A DNA stretch of 64,000 nt from Candidatus Tyrphobacter sp. (GCA_036567865.1 DATCTQ010000023.1:15995-79994), one strand, 5' to 3'. Counted from the stretch's first letter, positions 29,872 through 38,434 are shown. Numbers and translations are program-made. Notes: generated by a model not told the origin, from the letters alone.

Positions 29872-30003
29872 ACAAGAGAGAATACCTCGCCCAAGACCGA
29901 GCATTGGAGCTGGTACGTCGAGCAGTTCGCGCCGACGGAGCAGCATCATCACGCCATCGACCGCGTCCTCTTCACCGGCCGCTCGGAGTACCAGCAGGTC
30001 GCC

Positions 30004-30774
30004 GTGATCGAAACACCCGTCTACGGCAAGATGCTCGTGATCGACGGCGACACGCAAAGCTCGCAAGGCGACGAGCGCATCTATCACGAGTCGCTCGTCC
30101 ATCCCGCGCTGGCCGCCTCGGCAGCGCGCTCCGAGGTCTTGATCCTCGGCGGCGGGGAGGGCGCGACGCTGCGCGAGGTGCTGCGCGCCCCCGACGTCGG
30201 GCACTGCACGATGGTCGACATCGACGGCCTCGTCGTAGACGTGGCGAAGAAGTATCTGCCGGAATGGTCGGACGGCGCCTTCGACGATTCGCGCGCCGAC
30301 GTGATCGTCGGGGACGCGCTCGCATTTCTGCGCGAGGATCGCGGGCACTTCAACGTCATCCTCTCGGACCTCACCGAGCCGCTCCCGGACTCCCCGAGTC
30401 ACCCGCTCTTCAACGACGACGTGTTCGTGCTGGTGAAAGCACGCCTCGCCGCCGGCGGCGTCTACGCGCTGCAGGCGTCGACGGCGTCGTTTCACAACGC
30501 GGCGCTGCACTGCAAGATGGCGCGTACGCTGCGCAAGCATTTCAAGTACGTCGCGTCGTACTTCACTCACGTGCCGGCCTTCGATACCGACTGGGCGTTT
30601 CTGGGCTGCAGCGACGACGTCGACGTGGCAGCCCTCGACGAGCGCGCGATCGAGCGCTACTGCGGTCGCCTGCGCGGTTCGAGCTTCTTCTACGATGCGG
30701 TGACGCATCGCCGGCTCTTCTCGTTGCCGGTTTATCTGCGGCGGCTCCTTGCCGAACCGGGAGACGTCTTTTGA
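30004..30774 (+). CDS. speE: spermidine synthase (aminopropyltransferase); conserved N-terminus extends upstream to 29872 without a start codon
   Basis: VIETPVYGKMLVIDG, ERIYHESLVHP, ILGGGEGATLREVL, MVDIDG and SDLTEP motifs. Codons 29872-30003 are open, in frame, and homologous to the SpeE N-domain. Confidence 0.85.
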   Translation: MIETPVYGKMLVIDGDTQSSQGDERIYHESLVHPALAASAARSEVLILGGGEGATLREVLRAPDVGHCTMVDIDGLVVDVAKKYLPEWSDGAFDDSRADVIVGDALAFLREDRGHFNVILSDLTEPLPDSPSHPLFNDDVFVLVKARLAAGGVYALQASTASFHNAALHCKMARTLRKHFKYVASYFTHVPAFDTDWAFLGCSDDVDVAALDERAIERYCGRLRGSSFFYDAVTHRRLFSLPVYLRRLLAEPGDVF

Positions 30775-31589
30775 GCGCGCGCTTCGATGGTAAGACCGCG
30801 GTCGTGACCGGCGGCGGCAGCGGGCTCGGGCGGGCGATCGCACTGGCATTCGCGCGCGAAGGGGCGCGCGTCTGCGTGATCGGGCGAAGGCAAGAGAAAC
30901 TCGACGAGACCGCGGCGCTCGCCGGGAACGCGCCCGTCTTCGGCCTTTGCGCGGACGTGCGCGACCCCGCACGGGTCGAAGCGGTGATGCGCGAGATCGT
31001 CGAGCGCACCGGGCGCATCGACGTGCTGGTGAACAATGCCGCCGGCAACTTCGTCGCTCCCTCGGAGACGCTCTCACCCAACGGCTTCAAGAGCGTCGTC
31101 GACATCGTGTTGCTCGGGACGTTCTACTGCACGCGCTTCGCCTTCGACGCGCTGCGCGAAAACCGCGGCTCCATTCTCAATATCGTCGCTGCGTACGCGT
31201 GGAGCGGCGAGCCGGGCGCGGTACATTCCGCCTCCGCGAAAGCGGGCGTGCTCGCGATGACGCGCACGCTGGCCGCGGAGTGGGGGCGCTTCGGCATCCG
31301 CGCCAACGCGATCGCGCCGGGGCCGGTTCACACCGAAGGAACGGACAAGAACCTCTGGTCGGTTGCGGAGGTGGAGGCGCAGGTGCGCGCACAGGTTCCG
31401 CTCGGTCGCCTCGGCGAGCCCGAAGACATTGCGCATGCCGCCCTTTGGCTCTCCTGCGAGGAGGCAAGTTGGGTGAGCGGTGCGACGCTTTGCGTCGACG
31501 GCGCACATTGGCTGCACGGCGGCACGTTGAACTTCCGCTCGTTCTTCGACGCTGCGCTTGCGGGCGCGACGAAGGCTGACGTGCCGTGA
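30771..31589 (+). CDS. SDR oxidoreductase, 2,4-dienoyl-CoA reductase-like
   Basis: TTG at 30771 overlaps the speE stop (TTGA). Motifs TGGGSGLGRA, NNAAGNF and HSASAKAGV (DECR-type active-site region). This is the C-terminal part of artefact ORF 29499..31589. Confidence 0.85.
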   Translation: MSARFDGKTAVVTGGGSGLGRAIALAFAREGARVCVIGRRQEKLDETAALAGNAPVFGLCADVRDPARVEAVMREIVERTGRIDVLVNNAAGNFVAPSETLSPNGFKSVVDIVLLGTFYCTRFAFDALRENRGSILNIVAAYAWSGEPGAVHSASAKAGVLAMTRTLAAEWGRFGIRANAIAPGPVHTEGTDKNLWSVAEVEAQVRAQVPLGRLGEPEDIAHAALWLSCEEASWVSGATLCVDGAHWLHGGTLNFRSFFDAALAGATKADVP

Positions 31590-32017
31590 AGATCGATCGC
31601 GATCGCGCCGTGCGGCAGTGGGAGAAGCAGAAAAGCCATTTTGTGGCGCTGCTCGATCTGCGGCTCGAGCACGTCGAACACGGCAAGGCGGTGATGCGCA
31701 TGCCGTGGCGCGCGGAGATATCCAACGGCACCGGAGCGATTCATGGCGGCGCGATCGTGAGCCTTTGCGACACGGCATTCTACATCGCGCTCGCCTCGAT
31801 CTACGGGCGAGACCAAGACACCACGACGGTCTCCCTCCAGTGCAATTTCCTGGCGCCGGCATTGCCGCCGCACGATCTCGTGGCCGAGGCGACGGTGTTG
31901 CGCGCGGGCCGGCGAATCTGCTACGGCGAGGTGCAGGTGCGCAGCGGCGAGCGCCTCGTCGCGCATACCACGCTCAATTTCTTGAATACGTATCCCGCGG
32001 AGAAGCCCAAAGCATGA
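31586..32017 (+). CDS. PaaI-family hotdog-fold thioesterase
   Basis: 143 aa. GAIHGGAIVSLCDTA motif. GTGA-type overlap with the SDR stop. Confidence 0.8.
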   Translation: MKIDRDRAVRQWEKQKSHFVALLDLRLEHVEHGKAVMRMPWRAEISNGTGAIHGGAIVSLCDTAFYIALASIYGRDQDTTTVSLQCNFLAPALPPHDLVAEATVLRAGRRICYGEVQVRSGERLVAHTTLNFLNTYPAEKPKA

Positions 32018-33117
32018 ATCAAGCGGCTGCGCGGCGCACCGCTCTGTACGACGAGCACCGCAAACTCGGCGCGCGCATGGTCGAGTTCGGCGGATTCGAG
32101 ATGCCGGTTCAGTACGCGAGCATCCTCAAGGAGCACGATGCCGTGCGGCATCGCGCGGGCCTCTTCGATCTTTCGCACATGGGACAGTTTCGGATGGAAG
32201 GCGCGCAGGTCGCCGCCTGGGCCGACACGCTAACGACCAATCCGGTCGCGACGATGAAGCCGATGCAGGCGCGCTACAATATCTTCTGCAACGAGCGCGG
32301 CGGCGCGCACGACGATACGATCTTCTACCGGTTGCCGGACGACCGCTGGCTGCTCGTCGTCAACGCGTCCAACGCTTCGAAGATGTGGTCGTTGCTGCAC
32401 GAGCACCCCTCCGACGGCGCCCGATTGACGAATCGTCACGGCGAGGACGCATTGATAGCGATCCAAGGGCCCGCCTCGGTCGCGATGCTGCAGCCGCACG
32501 CCGACGTCGACCTCGCGGGCATGCGATACTACTTCTGCGCGGAAGGCGAGATCGAGGGGGTGCCGGCCTTAATCGCGCGCACCGGCTACACGGGCGAGGA
32601 CGGGTTCGAGATCTTCGTCGACGGCGCGTTTGCCTCGAACATCTGGGACGTGCTGCTCCGCCGGCATGGCCGCGAAGGGCTGGAACCCTGCGGTTTGGGC
32701 GCTCGCGACGTCCTGCGTCTGGAGGCGGGAATGCCGCTCTACGGTCACGAGCTCACCGAGGAGATCACCCCGGTGCAAGCCGGCCAGAAGTGGGTGGTCA
32801 AGCTTTCGAAGCCGGCCTTCACGGGCCGCGAGGCGCTTGCGGCGCAGATCGAACGCGACGATTACCCGCGCATCGTCGGCTTGACGATGGCCGGCCGCGC
32901 CCCGGCGCGCGAAGGCTACGCCGTGTTCGCCGGAGAGCGGCGCGCCGGCGAAGTTCGCAGCGGCTCTTTCGCGCCTTCGGTCGGCGGCGGAACGAACGTC
33001 GCGACCGCCCTGGTAGGGCGCGAAAGCGCAACCATCGGGACGAAACTAGCGGTCGAGATCCGAGGCACGCGGCACGACGCGACCGTCGTCCCACTTCCAT
33101 TTTACAAGAGGAGCTAG
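32014..33117 (+). CDS. gcvT: glycine cleavage system aminomethyltransferase T
   Basis: Internal ATG at 32014 (ATGA overlap). TALYDEHRKLGARMVEFGGFEMPVQY, LFDLSHMGQF, TGYTGEDGFEI. Confidence 0.95.
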   Translation: MNQAAARRTALYDEHRKLGARMVEFGGFEMPVQYASILKEHDAVRHRAGLFDLSHMGQFRMEGAQVAAWADTLTTNPVATMKPMQARYNIFCNERGGAHDDTIFYRLPDDRWLLVVNASNASKMWSLLHEHPSDGARLTNRHGEDALIAIQGPASVAMLQPHADVDLAGMRYYFCAEGEIEGVPALIARTGYTGEDGFEIFVDGAFASNIWDVLLRRHGREGLEPCGLGARDVLRLEAGMPLYGHELTEEITPVQAGQKWVVKLSKPAFTGREALAAQIERDDYPRIVGLTMAGRAPAREGYAVFAGERRAGEVRSGSFAPSVGGGTNVATALVGRESATIGTKLAVEIRGTRHDATVVPLPFYKRS

Positions 33118-33123
33118 AAATCG

Positions 33124-33504
33124 GTGGCGCTATCGGAAGGCCTGCTCTACAGTAAAGAGCACGAATGGCTTCGCGTCGAGGGTGAGTTCGGGATCGTCGG
33201 AATTACCGATTACGCCCAGAACTCGCTCGGCGACATCGTCTACGTCGAGTTGCCGAGAGCGGGGAAGCAAATAGCGCAGTTCGGAGGAATCGGCGTCGTG
33301 GAGTCGGTCAAGGCGGTTTCGGATCTCTTTTCGCCAATCTCGGGCGAAGTGCTCGAGGTCAATGCGGCGCTGGAAGGCGACCCGGCAGCAGTCAATCGTG
33401 ACCCTTACGGTGAAGGCTGGCTCTTGAAGGTCAAGTTGAAGGACGCGGACGAAACGAAGAACCTCCTCTCGGCCCGCGATTACGAAAAACTGATCGCCGA
33501 GTAG
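33124..33504 (+). CDS. gcvH: glycine cleavage system H protein
   Basis: YSKEHEWLRVEG... and the lipoyl-lysine motif VESVKAVSDLFSP. Confidence 0.95.
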   Translation: MALSEGLLYSKEHEWLRVEGEFGIVGITDYAQNSLGDIVYVELPRAGKQIAQFGGIGVVESVKAVSDLFSPISGEVLEVNAALEGDPAAVNRDPYGEGWLLKVKLKDADETKNLLSARDYEKLIAE

Positions 33505-33535
33505 CGCGGCGCATGGTAAGAACAGCGTGCAGCAG

Positions 33536-33587
33536 CCGTCCTGTCATCCTGAGCGTAGCGAGCGCAGCGAGCGAAGTCGAAGGACGG
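33536..33587. repeat. REP-like intergenic hairpin element
   Basis: CCGTCCT-GTCATCCTGAGCGTAGCGAGCGCAGCGAGCGAAGTCGA-AGGACGG. A 7-bp stem encloses the GTCATCCTGAGCG...GCGAAG core. That core is seen as a dispersed intergenic repeat in several soil phyla. Confidence 0.5.
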
Positions 33588-33596
33588 ATCTGACCA

Positions 33597-34955
33597 TTGT
33601 ATACGCCGCACACGCAACGCGATATCGCGCAGATGCTTGCCGCAATCGGCATCGATTCGATCGAAAAGCTTCTCGCAGTTCCCGAGGCGCTCGCACTTCG
33701 CGGAGCGCTCGACGTCGTTCCGGCGTTGCCGGAGTATCAGATCCGCCGCCGGATCGAGCAGCTCGCGAAGCGGAATGCCGGTGCCGATTGCATCGCGTTT
33801 TTGGGCGGCGGTGCCTATCGCCACTACGCCCCCCCCGCGATCGCGGCGCTCGCGATGCGCGGCGAGTTCCTCACGGCCTACACGCCGTATCAGGCCGAGG
33901 TCTCACAAGGGTCGCTGCAAAGTATCTATGAGTGGCAGACGTACATCTGCCTGCTCACCGGGATGGAGCTGGCGGATGCATCCGTCTATGACGGAGCGAC
34001 GGCGCTCGCGGAGAGCGCGATCATGGCGATCAATGCGACCGGGCGCAGGCGCCTCCTGATTTCGCGTGCGATCCATCCGAACTATCGCGCGGTGCTGCGA
34101 ACGTATTGCGAAGGGCTCGACGTCGCCATCGACGAGATCGCGCTCACGCAGGACGGCACGACCGATCTCGCATCGCTGGCGTCGGCCGTCGCATCGCACG
34201 AATATGCCGCGGCCGCGGTGCAGTCGCCGAACTTCTTCGGCAACGTCGACACGCTCGATACCGGGGCGCTCGCGGCGGTGCGCACGAGCGGCACCGTTCC
34301 CATCGCGGTCGTCGCGGAAGCGCTCTCACTCGCGGCGCTGGCGACGCCCGCATCGTGGGGTGCGCAGATCGTTGCCGGCGAGGCGCAATCGTTCGGCGTG
34401 CCGCCGGCATACGGCGGCCCGCACGTCGGATTCATCGCGACGACGAACGAACACGTGCGCCGCATCCCCGGGCGCCTCGTCGGAAAGACCGTGGACAACG
34501 CGGGCCGCCCCGCCTACGTCTTGACGTTGCAAGCGCGCGAGCAGCATATCAGGCGCGAGCGAGCGACCTCCAATATCTGTACGAATCAAGCGCATTGCGC
34601 GTTGATCGCGACGATCTACCTCGCCTTGCTCGGCAAGACGGGATTGCGCAACGTCGCGGCGCTGAACCTCGAGCGCTCGCGCGAGCTGGCGACGGCGGTC
34701 GCCAACGCGGGCGTGAAGCCGAGGTTCTCCGCGCCCTTCTTCAACGAGTTCGCCGCCGACGTCGGCCGCCCGGCCCGCGGCGTACTCGCCGGACTGCAAG
34801 AGCGCGGCATCCTCGGTGGGATCGACCTGGGCCGCTGGTATCCCGAGTATGAAAACTGCATGCTCATGACGGCGACGGAGCTGACGACGTCGAGTGAGAT
34901 CGCGAAGGTTGCTGCGGCACTCAAGGAGGTCGCGCATGCCCGCGTCGTCGTCTGA
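33597..34955 (+). CDS. gcvPA: glycine dehydrogenase (decarboxylating) subunit 1
   Basis: 452 aa, TTG start. YTPYQAEVSQGSLQSIYEWQT is typical of GcvPA. Confidence 0.95.
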   Translation: MYTPHTQRDIAQMLAAIGIDSIEKLLAVPEALALRGALDVVPALPEYQIRRRIEQLAKRNAGADCIAFLGGGAYRHYAPPAIAALAMRGEFLTAYTPYQAEVSQGSLQSIYEWQTYICLLTGMELADASVYDGATALAESAIMAINATGRRRLLISRAIHPNYRAVLRTYCEGLDVAIDEIALTQDGTTDLASLASAVASHEYAAAAVQSPNFFGNVDTLDTGALAAVRTSGTVPIAVVAEALSLAALATPASWGAQIVAGEAQSFGVPPAYGGPHVGFIATTNEHVRRIPGRLVGKTVDNAGRPAYVLTLQAREQHIRRERATSNICTNQAHCALIATIYLALLGKTGLRNVAALNLERSRELATAVANAGVKPRFSAPFFNEFAADVGRPARGVLAGLQERGILGGIDLGRWYPEYENCMLMTATELTTSSEIAKVAAALKEVAHARVVV

Positions 34956-36417
34956 TCGTACCGCCTCGCCCTTGATCTTCGAACTCGGGCAAGAGGGGCG
35001 CGCGAACCGCTACGTCGAGGAGGGGAAGCCGCTGCAGAGCTTCCTTCCGGCGAACGTGCTACGCGACGAGCTTCCGCTGCCGGACAATACTGAGCTGGAC
35101 GTCGTGCGGCACTTCACCCGGCTCTCGCAGCGTACGTTCGGGATCGACTTGGGCTTCTATCCGCTCGGCTCGTGTACGATGAAGTACAATCCGCGCATCA
35201 ACGACGCGCTCGCAAATCTGCGCGAGTTCGCCGATCTGCACCCGTTCGCGCCCGACGAGCTTGCTCAGGGCGCGCTTCAAGTGATGCACGAGTTAGAGCG
35301 GAGCTTCTGCTCGCTCTTCGGGATGGCGGCCTTCTCGCTCAACCCGGCCGCCGGCGCTCAAGCCGAGCTCGGCGCGCTGCTGATCGCGAAGAAATACTTC
35401 AAGGATCGCGGCGAAACGCAGCGCGACAAGGTCATCGTCCCCGACACGGCGCACGGCACGAATCCCGCCTCGGCGACGATGTGCGGCTTCAAGGTGATCT
35501 CGTTACGTAGCGACGCGCACGGACGCGTCGACCCGGCGGAGATTCGTAAGGTGCTCGGGCCGGATACCGCAGTTTGCATGATGACGAATCCGAACACGCT
35601 CGGGCTCTTCGAGGAACGCATCCACGAGGTCGCCGACGCCGTGCACGAAGCGGGCGGCCTCATGTACTACGACGGCGCGAACGCGAATGCGCTCATGGGC
35701 AACGCGCGCCCGGGCGACATGGGCTTCGACCTGATGCACCTAAATACGCACAAGACGTTCACGATCCCGCACGGCGGCGGCGGCGCGGGGCACGGTCCGC
35801 TCGGCGTCGCTGAGCACCTCGCCGAGTACTTACCGACGCCCTACGTCGTCAAGGATGGCGAGACGTACCGGCTCGACTTCGATCGCCCGAAGTCGATCGG
35901 TCCGATGCGCTCGTTCTGGTCGAACTTCGCACACGCGGTGCGCGCGCTCGCGTATCTCTATGCGAACGGCGCGGAGGGGCTCGTAAAGGTCTCGCAGTAC
36001 GCGGTGCTCAACGCAAACTATCTGCGGGTGAAGATCGCGGAGTTTCTCGAGACGCCGTATTCGGAGATCTGCCGCCACGAGTTCGTGGCGTCCGCGCAAG
36101 CGCTGAAGAAGGAGACAGGCGTGCGTGCGCTCGACATCGCGAAGGCGCTGCTCGACCGCGGCTTCATGGCGCCGACGATCTATTTCCCGTTGATCGTTCC
36201 GGAGTGCTTGATGATCGAACCCACCGAGACGGAATCGAAAGAGACGCTTGACGAGTTCGTCGCAGCCTTGCGCGACATCGTGGCAACCGCGAAGCGGGAT
36301 CCGCAAGCGCTCTTCGACGCCCCGGTGACGACGGTGGTCGGTCGCGTCGACGAAACGCGCGCGGCAAGACAGCCCGACCTCAGGTGGACGCCCCCTTCGG
36401 CTTCCAAGCGCACTTAG
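34936..36417 (+). CDS. gcvPB: glycine dehydrogenase (decarboxylating) subunit 2
   Basis: The internal ATG at 34936 overlaps the gcvPA end. PLGSCTMKYNP, HLNTHKTF (PLP lysine) and HGGGGAG motifs. Confidence 0.95.
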   Translation: MPASSSDRTASPLIFELGQEGRANRYVEEGKPLQSFLPANVLRDELPLPDNTELDVVRHFTRLSQRTFGIDLGFYPLGSCTMKYNPRINDALANLREFADLHPFAPDELAQGALQVMHELERSFCSLFGMAAFSLNPAAGAQAELGALLIAKKYFKDRGETQRDKVIVPDTAHGTNPASATMCGFKVISLRSDAHGRVDPAEIRKVLGPDTAVCMMTNPNTLGLFEERIHEVADAVHEAGGLMYYDGANANALMGNARPGDMGFDLMHLNTHKTFTIPHGGGGAGHGPLGVAEHLAEYLPTPYVVKDGETYRLDFDRPKSIGPMRSFWSNFAHAVRALAYLYANGAEGLVKVSQYAVLNANYLRVKIAEFLETPYSEICRHEFVASAQALKKETGVRALDIAKALLDRGFMAPTIYFPLIVPECLMIEPTETESKETLDEFVAALRDIVATAKRDPQALFDAPVTTVVGRVDETRAARQPDLRWTPPSASKRT

Positions 36418-36790
36418 CGGATCGCGCGGCTTCCCCGAGCGTTGCATCGATCGTTGCGAGCGGAAGCTGCGCTTGCAGCGCGAGGGCAAGATATGCGGCG
36501 TCGTACGCGGTCAGCCGATACTTGCGTGCGAGCTTCAGCGTTGCATGCGCGTCAGGCATCTCGGTCGTGATCGGCAAGTGGAGAATCTCCGTCAAGGTGA
36601 GGTCGGTCGCAGCCTCGTCGATGCGACCGCGGCGTTCCGCTTTGGCCAATGCTTGAACGACCTCGGTCATGAAGTTCCCCGGGACGAGTGCGCCGGTCTG
36701 CGCGGCATACTCGAGCGCCGGATTTGCCGCATCGCCGTTTTCGTCCGCGAGCGCCCATGCGATGACCGTGCAGGCGTCGGTGACGATCAC
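36380..36790 (-). CDS. vapC: type II toxin VapC (PIN-domain ribonuclease)
   Basis: 136 aa. PIN acidic residues in MIVTDACTV, TEVVQAL, TAYDAAYLALA and LATID contexts. 4-nt overlap with the upstream antitoxin gene. Confidence 0.85.
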   Translation of the reverse strand: MIVTDACTVIAWALADENGDAANPALEYAAQTGALVPGNFMTEVVQALAKAERRGRIDEAATDLTLTEILHLPITTEMPDAHATLKLARKYRLTAYDAAYLALALQAQLPLATIDATLGEAARSAKCAWKPKGAST

Positions 36791-37026
36791 CGGCGCTCCT
36801 CATCGATCAGCTCACGAGCGCTGATCGGCGCTCCCTTCAGCCGAGCGCGCAGCGCGCGCAGTCGCTCGAGCGCGAGCTGACCGCGCGTTTGCCGGTCCTG
36901 GTCGATCGGGCGCAACTCGGCAACCGGCTTCCCGTTGCGCGTGATGATCGTCGTTCGCCCCGAGAGCGCATCATCGACGAGCGCCGAGAGGCGTGTTTTT
37001 GCCTCAAAGATGCCTACCGTTCTCAT
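36787..37026 (-). CDS. vapB: type II antitoxin (Phd/YefM-type VapB)
   Basis: 79 aa. MRTVGIFEAKTRLSALVDDALSGRTTIITRNGKPVAEL is a typical Phd/YefM N-domain. Confidence 0.8.
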   Translation of the reverse strand: MRTVGIFEAKTRLSALVDDALSGRTTIITRNGKPVAELRPIDQDRQTRGQLALERLRALRARLKGAPISARELIDEERR

Positions 37027-37031
37027 GGTAA

Positions 37032-37054
37032 AAACTAGTATAACGAACTAGTTT
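37032..37054. promoter_or_regulatory. inverted repeat, candidate VapB operator
   Basis: AAACTAGT, 7-nt spacer, ACTAGTTT, located 6-28 nt upstream of the vapB ATG. It overlaps the predicted -10 box. Confidence 0.45.
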
Positions 37055-37065
37055 ATTTCAGGCAA
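37037..37065 (-). promoter_or_regulatory. vapBC promoter candidate (leaderless-type spacing)
   Basis: On the minus strand: TTGCCT, 17-nt spacer, TATACT, then 10 nt, then ATG. No Shine-Dalgarno sequence. Confidence 0.4.
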
Positions 37066-37185
37066 GGCGCCCCCGGAACGTCGATCCTTTTCCATGCGGC
37101 TCTCTTGGGGGCGGAGGCTATAATGAGGGTAGTCGAGAGGCGCGCGAGGCGCCTCTCAAGTCAGGTGAAGGCGGTTCTACGGGTC

Positions 37186-37665
37186 ATGCGGATCAAGTAT
37201 GAGGTTTCGGCAGGCGGATTGCTGCTGCGCCGCAACGCGTCCGGCTACGAGGCGCTCTTGATCGGCCGCCGCTCGCCGCGCATTTGGACGCTACCCAAGG
37301 GGCACGTCGAAAAGCACGAGTCCCACGAGCAGGCGGCTCTCCGGGAGGTCCACGAGGAGACGGGCTGTTGGGGTGAGATCGTCGGGCGTCTGAACGAGAT
37401 CGGGTTCTGGTTTTTCGTCGGCAAGGCGAAGCACCGCAAGAGCGTAACCTTCTACCTGATGCGCTATCTTTCGGGCGAGGCGAACAATCACGACCATGAG
37501 GTCGAAGAGTGTCGCTGGTTCGAGGTCGGTGCCGCGCGGCGCGCGCTGAAGTACGTGAACGAGAAGCGCCTCGTCGACTTGGCCCTCGACTATCTCGCCG
37601 CCAATCCCGAGGCGCTCGGCGAGCCGCCGAGCCTTCTGCCCGCGGCCGAGCAGAAGAGCTCTTGA
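37186..37665 (+). CDS. NUDIX hydrolase
   Basis: Nudix box GHVEKHESHEQAALREVHEETG. The start MRIKYEV was chosen. The track ORF starts at 37105 and another ATG lies at 37123. Confidence 0.8.
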   Translation: MRIKYEVSAGGLLLRRNASGYEALLIGRRSPRIWTLPKGHVEKHESHEQAALREVHEETGCWGEIVGRLNEIGFWFFVGKAKHRKSVTFYLMRYLSGEANNHDHEVEECRWFEVGAARRALKYVNEKRLVDLALDYLAANPEALGEPPSLLPAAEQKSS

Positions 37666-38432
37666 GCCAGATCGCTACGGAAACACCCCTGACGGTCGCG
37701 CCGGAGCAGGGCGCCTGCCGCGTGCAGTTCGACGTTTTCGACGGGCCGCTCGACCTGTTGCTCCACCTCGTCAAAGAGCAGCAGCTCGACATCGCGACGG
37801 TGCCGCTCGCCCTCGTCGCCGAACAATATCTCGCCTACGTCTCCATGATGGAGAATCTCGACGTCGAGATGGCCGCCGAGTATCTCGTAATTGCGGCGAC
37901 GCTCCTCTACCTGAAATCCAAGGCGCTGCTGCCGCCGATTCCGCAAGAGTTTCTGGAAGAGGACGGCGAGACGCCGGAGGAGGTCGAGGAACGGCTGCGT
38001 CGGCGCCTTATCGCCTACTCGAAGTATCGCGACATGGGCGAGGACTTGCGGGCGCGGCAGTACGAGGCGAGCGGATACTTCGTGCGCGACGCCGGCGATC
38101 CATCGAGCGACTTGGTGCAGCGCTACCGCGTCGACGCCGAGAAGCTGAGTCGCGCATTCATCGCCATGCTTCGCGAGGCGCGGCCGGAGAAACGGGCCAT
38201 CGTGCGCGAGAAGATCTCGGTGCTTGCCCAGATGGATTACATCGTGCGTGCGCTCAAGGATCGCGGCGAGGTGTTCTTCTCCGTACTCTGCCACGAACTC
38301 GGCGCGACGCGTGAGATCATTATCGCTACCTTTCTCGCGGTCCTCGAACTGGTGCGACGACATCGCATCGCCTACGATCAACCGGCGGCCTTTGACGATA
38401 TCCGCCTCCTCCCGATCACGCGCGAGCGGTAG
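37662..38432 (+). CDS. scpA: segregation and condensation protein A
   Basis: TTG at 37662 overlaps the Nudix stop (TTGA). FDGPLDLLLHLVKEQQLDI motif. Followed by scpB. Confidence 0.85.
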   Translation: MSQIATETPLTVAPEQGACRVQFDVFDGPLDLLLHLVKEQQLDIATVPLALVAEQYLAYVSMMENLDVEMAAEYLVIAATLLYLKSKALLPPIPQEFLEEDGETPEEVEERLRRRLIAYSKYRDMGEDLRARQYEASGYFVRDAGDPSSDLVQRYRVDAEKLSRAFIAMLREARPEKRAIVREKISVLAQMDYIVRALKDRGEVFFSVLCHELGATREIIIATFLAVLELVRRHRIAYDQPAAFDDIRLLPITRER

Positions 38433-38434
38433 GC

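Noticed and set aside
29464-31077. 537-aa minus-strand ORF (and the 696-aa plus-strand ORF 29499..31589) spanning speD-speE-SDR
   Set aside because: Extremely Arg/Ala/Pro-rich with no recognisable motifs. They lie antisense or out of frame to three genes that have clear family signatures. This is the typical open shadow frame of GC3-rich coding DNA. Only the last 272 codons of 29499..31589 (from TTG 30771) are real, as the SDR.
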